NCBI RefSeq assembly: GCF_036588685.1
Contig: NC_086377.1
Location: 12,586,001 to 12,650,000, forward strand
DNA length: 64,000 nucleotides
Reading direction: 5' to 3'
Origin: Mytilus trossulus
Lineage: Eukaryota
Shown here: positions 28,310 to 40,895 of the stretch, piece after piece
How positions within the stretch are numbered: the stretch's first letter is position 1
How the letters are laid out: each line of letters opens with the position of its first letter
Position numbers and translations under genes: made by a program
The notes under the pieces: generated by a model
The model's database searches: none
The model's input: the letters and a program-made list of their open reading frames with translations, nothing else
What the model was told of the DNA's origin: nothing

Positions 28310-31300
28310 TCAGGAATATGTTTATTTTACAAATGTACAGATCTAAAGCATTTCATAGCAGGTCGTCTTCGTGTTACCTACAACGATAATAATGATTTAA
28401 AGATATGTTCTATAATATAGTATTAATTATGTTTATCCTCATCTTAGTATATATCTAGGATTATGATTGGTTAACGCACGTCGTTACAAAACCCAAAGTC
28501 CCTGGGTGTTGCTAACCATATACCCGGACGTTGCTAACCTTTATCCCGTGGGAACTTCACGCAAGTTTTCCTTAGTTCCATGGTTGTTCCTTGTGAAATA
28601 TTGAATTCTGTAGATTATTCATGATGTTTGTAATCAAATATTTAATTCATTAACGATTTTGTCCTTTTATGCCGATTATACTAATTTCATTAAATGCATC
28701 ACTTGACTGACACATTTTCAAGGAATAGGACTACTGACTTATCTATGAAAATCACCCTCGTTGACGTCAAACCATCTATTACGTAACTCCAACAACATTG
28801 AGCGCCAAATTTGACTCAATCCGGTTTCTCTGTCTCCGTATTAAAAACGTCTTATATTTGACTACCTGTAGGGTTCTAACAACGGAAGTACCCTACACCC
28901 CGTAAATAATATGTAAAATTTCCAAATTTCAATAAAACTTTTTTTAGATAATGAACAAAAACGTTGTGTTCACGTTACACTTGGTACCCGAATTTCCATT
29001 AAAACTCGCCCGATTCGGACTTAGACCGGGGATAAATACGCCTCATGGGGAACTGGGGTACTTCAGGGTGTTAAAATAACCATACATACGGATATGAACG
29101 TAGATAACTTATAATATCAAAACCTTACATTGAAATGACAAGAAAGGTTTACCTATATTAGTGACACAGGAGATGTTGTTGTTTTAAGAACTGTAGTTGA
29201 TTAAGGAGTAAGTTCAGTAAGACCCCTGTTTGGCCCCAAAATATAAAAGTTTTACAAAATTACGAAAATATAATCTTTTAGCTACTTACAGAAAGTCAAA
29301 TACTTCTGCTACATAAATTTTGTAAAAAACACAATGTACATATATCGGGTATTAACATCATTAGGTCATGCTAAATTACTGAAATCTTCACAATTTGAGC
29401 ATTTTGTTAAAATTTTAGACGGTTTCCGTCTAAAATGAAAGTCGCCGCACTCGTGTTCATTCATAATTTTGAAATGTCAGTTGTTTTTCATGGTAATTCA
29501 TAACAAGTATAAAGGTTGAGGATGATCACGGATGCGGCCACTTTCATTTTTGACCAAAGCCATCTGAAAAGTGACGTTTTATTGGCATATATGATATATT
29601 TTTCATATTTAAGCTTGCATCGTAGAGTATTTAAAGAATGAATCAGTAAAATATATGTTAAATAAAATTATTGAATCAATTTAAATGGACAATTAAGAGT
29701 TAAAACTTCTTTCTTTCGATGAACCTTAGTTTTGAGGCCAAAATCGGCCGTTAACCTGCTCATGTTGATCCTTAGTTGTCTGTAGCAAGTTGTGGTTTAT
29801 TAAAATACGTTTGTATGCATGTCGTTGTGCGTGTGTTTCCTTAACGTTTCTTTTTTTCATAAATTTTCATACAGACAAGAAAGCATGCAATTTCAAATGA
29901 TCTCATATGTAATCAAGATCTAATATAAATGGCTATGTATCGATACAGTATTTTGTATTAAACATGCGACAATAAATATTACTTATTCTGTTGCTTTAAG
30001 ATTTGACAACGCGATCAGCATCATACTGTTCTAAATGAATAATAATTTCTTATGCACGACTTGAACAAAACTGTGTTGAACTAATTTATTATTGAAGCTG
30101 TCGATGTGCATACAATGTTAATACAGAAATATTGAATGCTAAGCAGAAACTTACCTTTTAGAATATCTAATAGTATCCTTTACCAGTTGATCCACCGACA
30201 ACCCTGCTGCCTCCACTAACTACACTGACTGGTCCAGTAACAATACCACCAATGGATCCTCCAATACCACCGATTGGGCCGCCAATACCACCGATTGGAC
30301 CAAGAAGTCCACTACCACCTCCAACAAGACCACTAACACCACTGATGATACCTCCACCACCAATAATACCTCCACCACCAATAATACCAGCCCCTCCAAG
30401 GGAAGCACCGTAATTTTGGTTGGTTACCCACCATGGCAACAAAGAACAACAAGTATTCAAACTTCCTGGCAGGAGAGGTGCCAAGTTACAGTTCTTGTTG
30501 AGTTTGATCTGTCCTGGAGCACATTTCAAACTGCATGTGCACCATGGTTGACCTCCACCAACAAGTCCTGTAAAGATATCAAAATACATAAATTACAAAA
30601 TATCATAGTGTCATGTATATAACATCGTCCAATTGGTTGATGACGTACATATTTAATAAATGATACTTTTCCCAAGCGATTTTCTTTATTTACCAAACTA
30701 GTAAATGCTCATAAGAAAACATACGAAACCCATATATATGTAGAATACAATGAAATGTGTAGAGCTGTATGAGAAACATACATTGATACGATGTTAATTT
30801 ATAAAAGATTCACAGGAAATTACAAATTACTACCGAGAAATGTACATGGAACGGGAAATTATATTTGAAAAAATCGCTATGATGCCGTAAATCATTATCA
30901 AAATATTTTTTTTAAAATGACCGTTACATACAACAAGGATGACCGTGATTGGCAAACAGTTGACCGTTACTTGTAAAGGATGACTGTAATGTGTAAAGGC
31001 TAAGTGTAATTTTTAAAGGATGACCGTCATTTGTAAAGGATGAGTGTAATTTATAAAGGATGACCGTAACTTTTAAAAGATGTCGGTCAATATTCTAAGA
31101 GATATCCATAGGTGTAGTCCTAGCTTTATGTTGACTTTGTCTCAATAAGGGATCGGTTAGTGGATACTAATATGTTTCATAAACATTGCCGTGTTTTGGG
31201 TTCATGACAATGATAGTACATTGCATATTGACAAACAATGAAATATTTATTGATAACAATGTTAAAATGTTAATACAAATTGACAGCGATACGACGAAAA

Positions 31301-32692
31301 TTTTAAGAAACATGAAATACGGATGCCTCATACACTTTCATTTTCAAGTGGGCCGTGAAATGGAATAAAACTGTTAGTTGACATTGTAATTAACAAAATC
31401 ATATCATAGTGAAAATCATCAGATTATCAACAATTTCCTAGACCAAAAAATGTAACCCGAAGCTGGACAGACGGACGAACGGACAGACTAACGAACGCAC
31501 TGACCAGAAAAATTAACGACTATTTTAAGGATCTGTTTTGCTTGAGCTCACCCTCATTAGCTTAGTCGTATTATTTTCAAAACATTTTTTATTTTTTTAG
31601 TTGCAAGAAAAATGGAAGACTAATTAGAGATGATATAATACCAATGGGTGTACATAAACATGATGAATTGGCATTTATTAAAGGTGTATTTATTGTGTCA
31701 TTAAAAGGAATCCCAGAAACAAAAAAAAATCGTTTGTTGTTCATGTGCATGTCTTGTTGTAAATTCATTTAAAGAATTAAGACCTCTACCGTAAAAAAGA
31801 TATTTATGGTTAACACATATTTGAAGCACGTCTTATTTTCTTCTACCTATAGGGTAAAACTTTCTTATTAACACGTTGATACTAACACGATTAATCATTT
31901 GAAACAAAAAAGGTAGTTATATAAAAAACGATATTTTTCTAAGATTTGACGGTCATCAAATAAAAGTTACGGTCATCTTAAAACCAATGACAGTAACCCT
32001 TGTTATGAATTGCTGATTATGTTACGGTCATCTCGATTGTGATTTACGGTCACCTGAGCGATTTTTTCAAGTCGAAATTCCAATTTCATACACATTGCTC
32101 GGTACTAATAAGTGATTTCAGTGTGAATCTTTTATAAATTTACATCGTATCTATGTTTGATTTGTAAAATAAATGATTTAGAAGCACGTTAACATACAAT
32201 ACAAATACTGACCTAAGTTTTCATCCAACATCTTGGTATGACCGTTAATGCAGTTACGGTCATCATCTTTACCCCCAAGGAATTATGGCAATAGGTTAAA
32301 TATTTCACAAACGTTAAATGAAATGTCAAAACAAATGTGCATGCATAAACCAAATATTTAAATTATTGTAAGGAACCAATTTATAACGGGTTGTGGATTT
32401 TTTTCCTTTCCATAGAGTAAATGGTCATTTATAACATACCTGTATTTATTCCTCCAACTAATCCTCCTAATCCACCTAATCCACCTAATCCTCCTAATCC
32501 CCCTAATCCACCATTGTTGAGCAGAAGTCCACCACCACTGACAATTCCTGCAGATCCACCAATAATTCCACCACCACCAAGGAGTGGACCACCAGAAACA
32601 ACTCCACTACTAACAAGTCCTCATAATAATGGACCTCCTTTGCCATATGCCGAAACAGAAGCGACAAGAGAAACTAGAAGTAAAGTCAACAT
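28310..32692 (-). pseudogene. Copy 3: full-length gene with a single nonsense codon (putative young pseudogene or null allele)
   Basis: Exon 1 32692-32440, exon 2 30567-30155 (stop 30169-30167), exon 3 from 28377 with AATAAA at 28326-28321. Splice sites and frame are intact (would be 217 aa), but codon 24 is GGA>TGA at 32623-32621. Confidence 0.88.
29201..29760. mobile_element. MITE (AAAATGAAAGTGGCCGCA family) in intron 2 of copy 3
   Basis: Starts TTAAGGAGTAAGTTCAGTAAGACCCC; counterpart in intron 2 of copy 4 at ~39050-39480. Confidence 0.65.
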
Positions 32693-33459
32693 TATGATGG
32701 GATATTCTGATCTGTAGAAGATGTGAAGTATACTCAGATATGCATGTCCTTTTATACTATGCTGATAGTCAAACACGTGGTACATAGCTTAAAAACAGTG
32801 GTTTGATATATTGTGAAAAAGGAGATTGATAAAATTGCGGTTTTAAATAGTGCAATTCTTGCATAAGTTGATTGAACAGGTTTTGTTTTAGGACAAAATC
32901 CGATACATATCATGCAACTATCACGAACATAATAAATGACCTTATTAGATAAAAAAAATTAACATAGTTAACTGATGTCAAATATTGCATCATATCATAG
33001 TGCATCTCAGACGAAAGGAGTTTGTTGTCATTTCATAAGTTTATCAATTTGAAAGAACAGATTGATCACTACATACAATATCTTTTAATCTTGTTAAAAG
33101 AATGAATTTATACCGTCTTGAATGAAAATGGGAAATTTTACAAAGAACAAGTGTTTCTGTAATTATCTTACTAAGACAGTTATGTAAAAAGCTAAGTCTG
33201 AATACACCAATAGCATTATTTGTAAATAGAATAATGGTCACCGAAGCTAATGTTTCACCCATTCATGATGTTTGTCTACAATATTTAAATTTTCATGTTT
33301 GAAAATTTACACTTGATTCAAATATAAGACACACACATCTAAATGCATATTGAGGTATCTTATAGAATTGGCAAAGAAATCGATGCTTGGTTGAAGTCCA
33401 ATTCCTTTTGAAAGAACAGATTCAAAGTTTTGTTGAATACTTGAAATAAGAGAATTGCA

Positions 33460-33697
33460 AACTAAAGTATAAGTAGCATCAGTGTCAATAGTAGCCCTGC
33501 CTAAAGTATAAGTAGCAGCAGTGTCAATGGTACCCCTGACTAAAGTATAAGTAGCAGCAGTGTCAATGGTAGCCCTGACTAGTATAAGTAGCAGCAGTGT
33601 CAATGGTAGCCCTGACTAAAGTATAAGTAGCAGCAGTGTCAATGGTAGCCCTGACTAAAGTATAAGTAGCAGCAGTGTCAATGGTAGCTCTGACTAG
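33460..33697. repeat. 39-bp minisatellite, about 6 units
   Basis: Unit AAGTATAAGTAGCAGCAGTGTCAATGGTAGCCCTGACTA. Confidence 0.92.
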
Positions 33698-35544
33698 TGT
33701 GGTTTTACAGCTGCAGGTATAACTAAATATCTATCAATATTTCTACCAACAAGCTCATCAAGGCTCTCTTTCTCTTTTCACTCGCGAAAACAAATCTGAT
33801 TCAGATATCACCTCCCCCCAATTTTAAAGTTAAGTGGCTGTTCCTTTATGAAAGCCATTATTTTGATGATTTGCAGTAGTTTAAATAAACTATAGAAGTC
33901 TCGATTGCGCATTAGAAAACGTAGGCTGCAGCAGCGTGCTTGCAGACGAAAAAAAGGATTGAGATGTTAGGGCTCACTACATTTTTATCTTTTCTGTTTG
34001 TTTCAAATGATATTTCTTCTCCTAAAAATGCATGAAATATTTGCCACTGGACGTTAATCAACCAACAATAAATCAATCTTCTCCATGGAATATTTGACGA
34101 AGGGAGAGAGAAATGTTTTTTTTTTTAATTTTAAGTGTAATTTGACGGATCTGAGATACTAGACAAACATATCATTTACCTCACACTTTTTTTTAGTAAT
34201 GAATTTATGCGTGAATCGTTGTTTGAGTAAAAACCAGTGGCCGATATTTCTATGTACGTCAAGTCAGTTCGGGAAGACCTTTTCAAATAAATTAGGCAGC
34301 AGCTATATAATTTTCGTAAGAGGGGGGAGTGAATTTTTCATGACAAATTTTGGTCGAAAACATTTTTTTTCTTTCAATTTTAGCATTAAATATATTGGCA
34401 GTTGAAAGCAAAAGAAAATTTCAGTGTTAAAAAAATATTTGTTTTTCTCCAAAACTGGAAACACTTTTTTCCGAAAAATCCATAGCCTACACCCCACACA
34501 CACACACATTACCCCGAAAATCAATAGAAACTTCTTTATTGGTTTGGCAATGATGCTGCTTTGAGTCTTGATCAGGGGCTTATAAAGTACGTTAATTTAA
34601 AAAAAAAGTAATAAACATAATATACATTTTAGACAACAATTTCTGTAAAGAACCTTATTGATAATTGTTGAAATTATCAATTTTATTCAAAAAAAGTTTC
34701 CTTCTTAAATATAAAAACGAATCAACTAATGTCCTAAATGCCTACATTTGTGTACACTTAACCTACACAAGGCCTGCATTGAGTTTCGAATGTGTGTAGA
34801 CCAAACATGATTTAAACTACATGTAAACATTGCGTGTTATCAATGGGAACGCAATTGTGTTTAGTTTACGTGTGAGTTACACTAACACAACACCAAATTT
34901 ATGTCAATGTGAACACGGCCGAAGACAAATTACACTTCAATATTAAGAATGAACAGGAATGCGGCCACTTTCATTTAAGACGAAAACCGTCTAAAATATA
35001 TCTAAAATGCTAAAATGTGAAGATTTCAGTAGTTTAGCATGACTTGATGATGCTAGTTCCCGATATATGTGCATTGTTTTTTGTCAAACACAGCCCATAT
35101 TTATTAACCAGAAGCAATACATAAATAAAAGTATATATATTTTTAAAATTTTGTAAAACTGCTGTATGTTAGGACCAAAAAGGGGTCTTACTGACACTAC
35201 AACTTTTGAAAACATTAAAACTAAAAAACAATATAGAGCACACTTTGTTAATATTATGGATGAGTAAAACGTTAGGCTCATGAAACAGTATTCTTTTTTA
35301 CCAATCAATGCTATTGGTGTATTTTCCGACAAAATATTTGACAGTTCTTTTTTAGGATATTATTTATCAAGTAATGCGAAGAAACACTTGTTCTTTGTAT
35401 GATATTCCCTTTTCATTGAAGACATTAATTTCTACATTTCTATTTCATTCCGCATGCCCATCTCAGCAAGATATAAAGATAGTGTATCTTTGGATCAGTA
35501 TGTTCTGTAAGCTTATTACACTAATGAAACCGTTTACATTACTC

Positions 35545-35870
35545 TACAATGCACTATAAGATGATGCAACATTTAACACTGATATATTTATCCTTTTCTC
35601 ATTTACAACTGGCTGACATCAGCTATCTTTTTTATTTCTTTCTGAAAATATCATATTTTATGTTCGTGATAGCTGCATGCCTGTACTGGACTGTGTCCAC
35701 AAAAAAACACGTACCTAATCAACATATGCATAAATTGCACTATTTAAAACCGCAAATTTATAAATCTCCTTTTTCATAATTTATCAAACCACTGTTTTTT
35801 AGTAATGTATCACGTGTCTTACAATAATCATAGTATAAAAGAACATTCATATCTAAGTATATTTCACATC
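35545..35870 (+). promoter_or_regulatory. Family promoter module of copy 4
   Basis: TGATGCAAC 35562-35570, TGACATCA 35614-35621, CACGTG 35811-35816, TATAAAA 35834-35840, and Inr-like TCACATC with A at 35866 (32 nt after the TATA start). Confidence 0.7.
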
Positions 35871-35894
35871 TTCAACAGATCAAAGTAACTCATC

Positions 35895-36150
35895 ATGATG
35901 TTGGCTGTACTTCTAGTTTCTCTTGTCGCTTCTGTTTCGGCATATGGCAAAGGAGGTCCATTATTAGGAGGACTTGTTAGTGGTGGAGTTGTTACTGGTG
36001 GTCCACTCCTTGGCGGTGGTGGAATTATTGGTGGATCTGCAGGAATTGTCAATGGTGGTGGACTTCTCCTTAACAATGTTGGATTAGGAGGATTAGGAGG
36101 ATTAGGTGGATTAGAAGGATTAGGTGGATTGGTTGGAGGAATTAATACAG
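35895..36150 (+). CDS. Copy 4 coding exon 1: signal peptide and Gly-rich block
   Basis: MMLAVLLVSLVASVSA|YGKGG...GINT; donor CAG|GTATGT at 36150/36151; phase 1. The start could be the second Met at 35898. Confidence 0.92.
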
Positions 36151-36323
36151 GTATGTTATAAATGACTATTTATATTATGGAAAGGAAAAAGTCCACAACC
36201 CGTTATAAAATGGTTCCTAACAATAGTTTAATAATTATTATTTAAATATTTGGTATATGCATGCGTAATTTGTTTTGACATTGAATGCAACGTTTGTGAT
36301 ATAATTTACCTATTGCCATAATT

Positions 36324-37434
36324 CACTGGGGTAAAGCTGATGACCGTAACTGCAATCACTGTCATCTCAAGATGTCGGGTGAAATATTGGGTCATTTTTT
36401 TTTTGTATGTTAACGTGTTTCTAAATCATTTTCTTTACAAATCATACATTGATACAATGTAAATTTATAAACGATTCAAACGGAAATCACTAATTACTAC
36501 CGATAAATGTACATGAAACAGGAATTTCGACTTGAAAAAATCGCTCAGATGACCGTAAACCACAATCGAAATGATCGTAACAGAATCAGCATTTCATAAC
36601 AACATGTGAACAAGGGTGACTGTTATTGGTTTTAAGATAACCGTTATTTGTAAATGATGACCGTCTCTTTTAGATGATGACCGTCCAATCTTCGAAAAAT
36701 ATCCGTATTTATATAACTACCTTTTGTTGTATCAAATGATTAATCGTTTTGGTATACACGTATTTATAGAAGATTATTACCCTATAGGTAGAAGAAATTA
36801 AGACGTGCTTCAAATACATAGTTTTTCATCAATATATTTTTACCGGTAGAGGTCTTAATCTTTTAAATGAATTTGCAACAAGACATGCACATGAACACCA
36901 TTTATAACATTGTTATCAATACATATTTCATTGTTTACGAGAAATATGCAATTTACTAGCATTGTCATGAACCCAAAACACGGCAAATATTTAAAAAGAA
37001 AGGTATGAAACATATTAATATCCGCTAACCGATCCCTAAATGAGACAAAGTCAACAAAAAGCTAGGACTACAAATACGGATATGTCTTAGAATATTGACG
37101 GTCATATGTTTACCAATCGCGGTCATCTGTTTACCAATAACGGTCATCTGTTTACCAATCACGGTCATCCTTGTTATATGTTACGGTCCTCTTGAAAATA
37201 TTTTGATAATGATTTACGGTCATCTTAACGATTTTTTCAAATCGAATTTCCCTTTTTATGTTTAATTCTCGGTAGTCATTTGTAATTTTCCTTTGCATCT
37301 TTACGTCGTATCAATGTATGCTTTGTAAAGAAAATGATATATAAGCACTTTAAAACAATACGGAAACTGACCTTATTTTTCATCCGACATCTTAGGATGA
37401 CTGTTATTTAACAGTCATCAGCTTTACCCCAGTG
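36324..37434. mobile_element. Long-TIR (foldback-type) non-autonomous element in intron 1 of copy 4
   Basis: CACTGGGGTAAAGCTGATGAC...GTCATCAGCTTTACCCCAGTG with GATGACCGT sub-repeats in both arms, flanked by ATAATT on both sides. Confidence 0.75.
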
Positions 37435-37974
37435 ATAATTGTTGTAGCCGTTCGGTGCCATATAGTTGCTTTTGTATTTGTCATTTGGTACATAATAGGT
37501 TCTCTCATTGGCAATCAGGCCAAATAATATTTTTCTAATGTATAATCAATAAAACAAAATTGAACATAAAACCACAATATACGCTATGAACTCTGTAACA
37601 ATGTGTAATAGGTGCAAACCTGGTGGACTTATTATCATCGGTGGTGTACACAGCACAAAACAATACTTGTATTTCATGTTGTTAGCATCTGTTATTATAA
37701 AGAATCAGTGCTCTAACTCAATCAACAAGAAATACATGTACATTTGGCGCTGCGTTTAATTTCCGTTTTTATCATACAGCTCTACACATTTCATTGTATT
37801 CTATATTCGTAGGTTTCGTATGTTTTCTTATGAGCAGTTACTAGTTTGGTAAATAAAGAAAATCGCTTTGGAAAAATATCATTTGTCTAGTATGTACGTC
37901 ATCAACCACTTGGACGATGTTATATACATGACACTATGATATTTTGTAATAAATGTATTTTGATATCTTTACAG

Positions 37975-38354
37975 GACTTGTTGGTGGAGGTCAACCATGG
38001 TGCACATGTAGTTTAAAATGTGCCCCAGGACAGATTAAACTCAACAAAAACTGTAACTTGGCACCTCTCCTGCCAGGAAGTTTGAATACTTGTTGTTCTT
38101 TATTGCCATGGTGGGTAACCAGCCGAAATTACGGTGCTTCCCTTGGAGGCGCTGGTATTATTGGTGGAGGAGGTATTATTGGTGGTGGAGGTATCATCGG
38201 TGGTGTTAGTGGTCTTGTTGGAGGTGGTAGTGGACTTCTTGGTCCAATCGGTGGTATTGGAGGACCAATCGGTGGTATTGTTACTGGACCAGTCAGTGTA
38301 GTTAGTGGAGGCAGCAGGGTTGTCGGTGGATCAACTGGTAAAGGATACTATTAG
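37975..38354 (+). CDS. Copy 4 coding exon 2: six-Cys domain and Gly-rich tail (spliced protein 211 aa)
   Basis: Acceptor TTTACAG|GA at 37975; ends GKGYY* at 38354; donor AAG|GTAAGT at 38366/38367. Confidence 0.92.
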
Positions 38355-38414
38355 ATATTCTAAAAGGTAAGTTCTGCTAATCATTGATTTTTTTCTGTAT
38401 AAACAGTGTATATA

Positions 38415-38730
38415 AAAAAGAAGATGTGGTATGATAGCCAATGAGACAACTATCTATAAAAGACCAAAATGGCACAGACATTAACAACTATAGGTCACCG
38501 TACGGCCTTCAACAATGAGCAAAGCCAATACCACATAGTCAGTTATAAAAGGCCCCGATAAGACAATGTAAAACAATTCGAACTAGAAAACTAACGACCT
38601 TATTATGTAAAAAAAGGAACGAAAAACAAATAAGTAACAACCACTGAATATACAGGCTCCTGACTTGGGACAGTCAGATAAATAATGTGGCGAGGTTAAC
38701 CTGGGACAGTGGTATAACAGTACAACACAA
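38415..38730 (+). repeat. High-copy interspersed repeat (AAGATGTGGTATGATTGCCAATGAGACAAC family)
   Basis: Related copies at ~440-480, ~56890-57145, ~57850-58010 (inverted) and ~63820-64000. Absent from the matching intron of copy 3. Confidence 0.75.
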
Positions 38731-39624
38731 GTGTATACACATCGACAGCACCAATAATAAATTAGTTAAACACAGTATTGTTCAAGTCGTGCATTAGAAA
38801 TAATTATTTATTTGACTTAAAGTACAGTATGATGCTGATCGAGTTGTCAAATCTTACTGCAACGGAACAAGGAATACTTATCGTCGCATGTTTAATACAA
38901 AGTAATGTATCGATACATAACCAGTTATATTAGATTACATATCAGATCATTTGAAATTGAACGCTTTCTGGTGTTTATGAAAGTTTATGAAAAAAGTAAC
39001 GTTAAGGAAACACATACACATACAAACATATTCAAATTAATTCAATAAGTGAAAGTACATGCTACGATTCAAGCTTAGACATGAAAAATCTATCATATAT
39101 GAACAAAACCGTCACTTTTCAGAAGGTTTTGGTCAAAATGAAAGTGGCCGCATCCGTGTTTATCCTCAACCTTTATATACTTATGTATAACCATCAAATA
39201 CAACTTACATTTCAAAATTTTGAATGAACACAGATGTTAGACGGAAACCGACTTAAATTTCATTAAAATGCTAAAATTGTGAAGATTTCAGTTATTCAGC
39301 ATGACCTAAAGATGCTAATACCCGATAAATATGCATTGTTTGTTTTTATAAAACGACCAATATTTATGTTGCAGAAATATTTGACTTTCCAGTAAATAAC
39401 TAAAATATTACATTTTCATACTTTTGTAAAACTGCTATATTGTGGGGCCAAAAAGGGGTCTTACTGAACTAACTCCTCAACATGAACTACAGTTTTAAAA
39501 GCAACAAATATAGGTAAATCTCTCTTTTTATGCCAATGTTATGTTTTGATATACATAATTAATATCATAAATATTATCGAGAATATATTTGAATCATTAT
39601 TATCAGTGTATTGTATCGTTGTAG

Positions 39625-39700
39625 GTTACACGAAGACGACCTGATATGAAATGCTTTAGAACTGTACATTTGTAAAATAAACATATTTCTGACAAACTTA
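39625..39700 (+). other. Copy 4 non-coding exon 3 (3' UTR) with polyA signal
   Basis: Acceptor GTAG|GTTACACGAAGACGACCTG at 39625; AATAAA at 39676-39681. Confidence 0.7.
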
Positions 39701-40319
39701 TATGTTTCTTTCATTTAATGACACATTAAGTGTTTGGTTGTGTTATGATTTTTTTTAAATATTTGTACACTAACACTGTGAAGATTTTTCCCGTACGTCA
39801 TAAAAAACGCAGCACAACAACAAGACGCACATCATTCTATAGAACACACTTTAAATTAATCTATCCTCTGATAACAATTGTCCTATTCCTGCTATGTACA
39901 GGCATTTTCTTTAAATGATGGATTGCATAGCTAACAAAACGTATAACTTATATGACAGTTTCACAACATTCAATTATACTGACAACGATGTTTGCACAAA
40001 GAACACAGCCAAAGTACAGTTACTATGTTGTCCTTGTCAAAAGAAGCGGGAAAGTAGTTACCATTGTGTTGCAATCTTAATTACTATTTAACAAGCAACT
40101 ATGTTAACAAATAAAAACAAAAAAATCATATAGACAACAGCATGTAAACAAACACTAAAGACAATAACACAAACATTTATCATAGCAAAATGAGGCAATG
40201 GTAGAATGTATATGTACTAAGCCACGTACATTATATATCATCATAAATGGACTAAACAGTACAAGAAACACTTATCAAAAACGTGCATGTACAAAAGATT
40301 ACTATACCACGTTATTTCT

Positions 40320-40895
40320 GCTTTCCAATTGTGAACTTTCCTTTTCTAAGTAGCAACATTCCAGCAGCACCTACATACGGGTTAAATATCTCCCAATTGA
40401 TACGATAGTCCCGTGCTTCATTTCCTATCATGATTTTCTTGATAGAGGATTGCTGCTCATAAGGAAGCTTTTAAACCAAGAGTTCCAAATGATGAAGTTG
40501 AAATCATCCCTACGTAAATTTGACGAACGCCATCACAAGTTGGTTTACCGTTATGGAATAACCATTTCAAAAATGATATCGGATATGTTAATTACGTCAT
40601 AATTACAATCCCCTTCCCCTTCATGAATGTGACCTACCGATGTAGACTATTTACTGGATTTGTTATTACATAAGCAACACGGCGGGTGCCATATGTGCAG
40701 CAGGATCTGCTTACCCTTCCGGAGCACCTTAGATCACCCCTAGTTTTGGGTGGGGTTCGTGTTGTTTTTTCTGCAGTTTTCTATGTTGCGTCATGTGTGC
40801 TATTGTTTGTCTTTTTCATTTTTAGCCTTGGCGTTCTCAGTTTATTTTAGATTTATGATTTTGACTGTCCCTTTGGTATCTTTCATCCCTCTTTT
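40320..40895 (+). mobile_element. 5'-truncated Penelope-like retroelement fragment
   Basis: Translates FPIVNFPFLSSNIPAAPTYGLNISQLIR*SRA, an RT C-terminal motif. Absent from the paralogous arm near 27680. Confidence 0.72.

Noticed and set aside
30167-30589. ORF-track starts MYFDIFTG / MKCAPG for the Cys-containing ORFs
   Set aside because: These starts are intronic ATGs or internal TTG codons. The exon begins at the conserved AG|GA CTT GT acceptor.
32621-32623. TGA in copy 3 as selenocysteine or programmed readthrough
   Set aside because: It replaces Gly rather than Cys, occurs in one copy only, and I see no SECIS in the short 3' UTR.
32421-32717. Pro-rich ORFs (PPNPPN...) at 32421-32717, 35864-36076, 48568-48855 and 61145-61432
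   Set aside because: They are antisense shadows of GGA/GGT-rich exon 1. Signal peptide, promoter and splice sites all lie on the opposite strand.
33460-33697. Regular 39-bp repeats resembling a CRISPR array
   Set aside because: Head-to-tail units with no unique spacers, no cas genes and a eukaryotic context: a minisatellite.
35864-35880. TCTTC(T/A)ACAG just upstream of each ATG as a splice acceptor for an unseen 5' exon
   Set aside because: A conserved TATA box and Inr-like site at canonical spacing directly upstream explain it as 5' UTR. Not fully excluded without 5' RACE.
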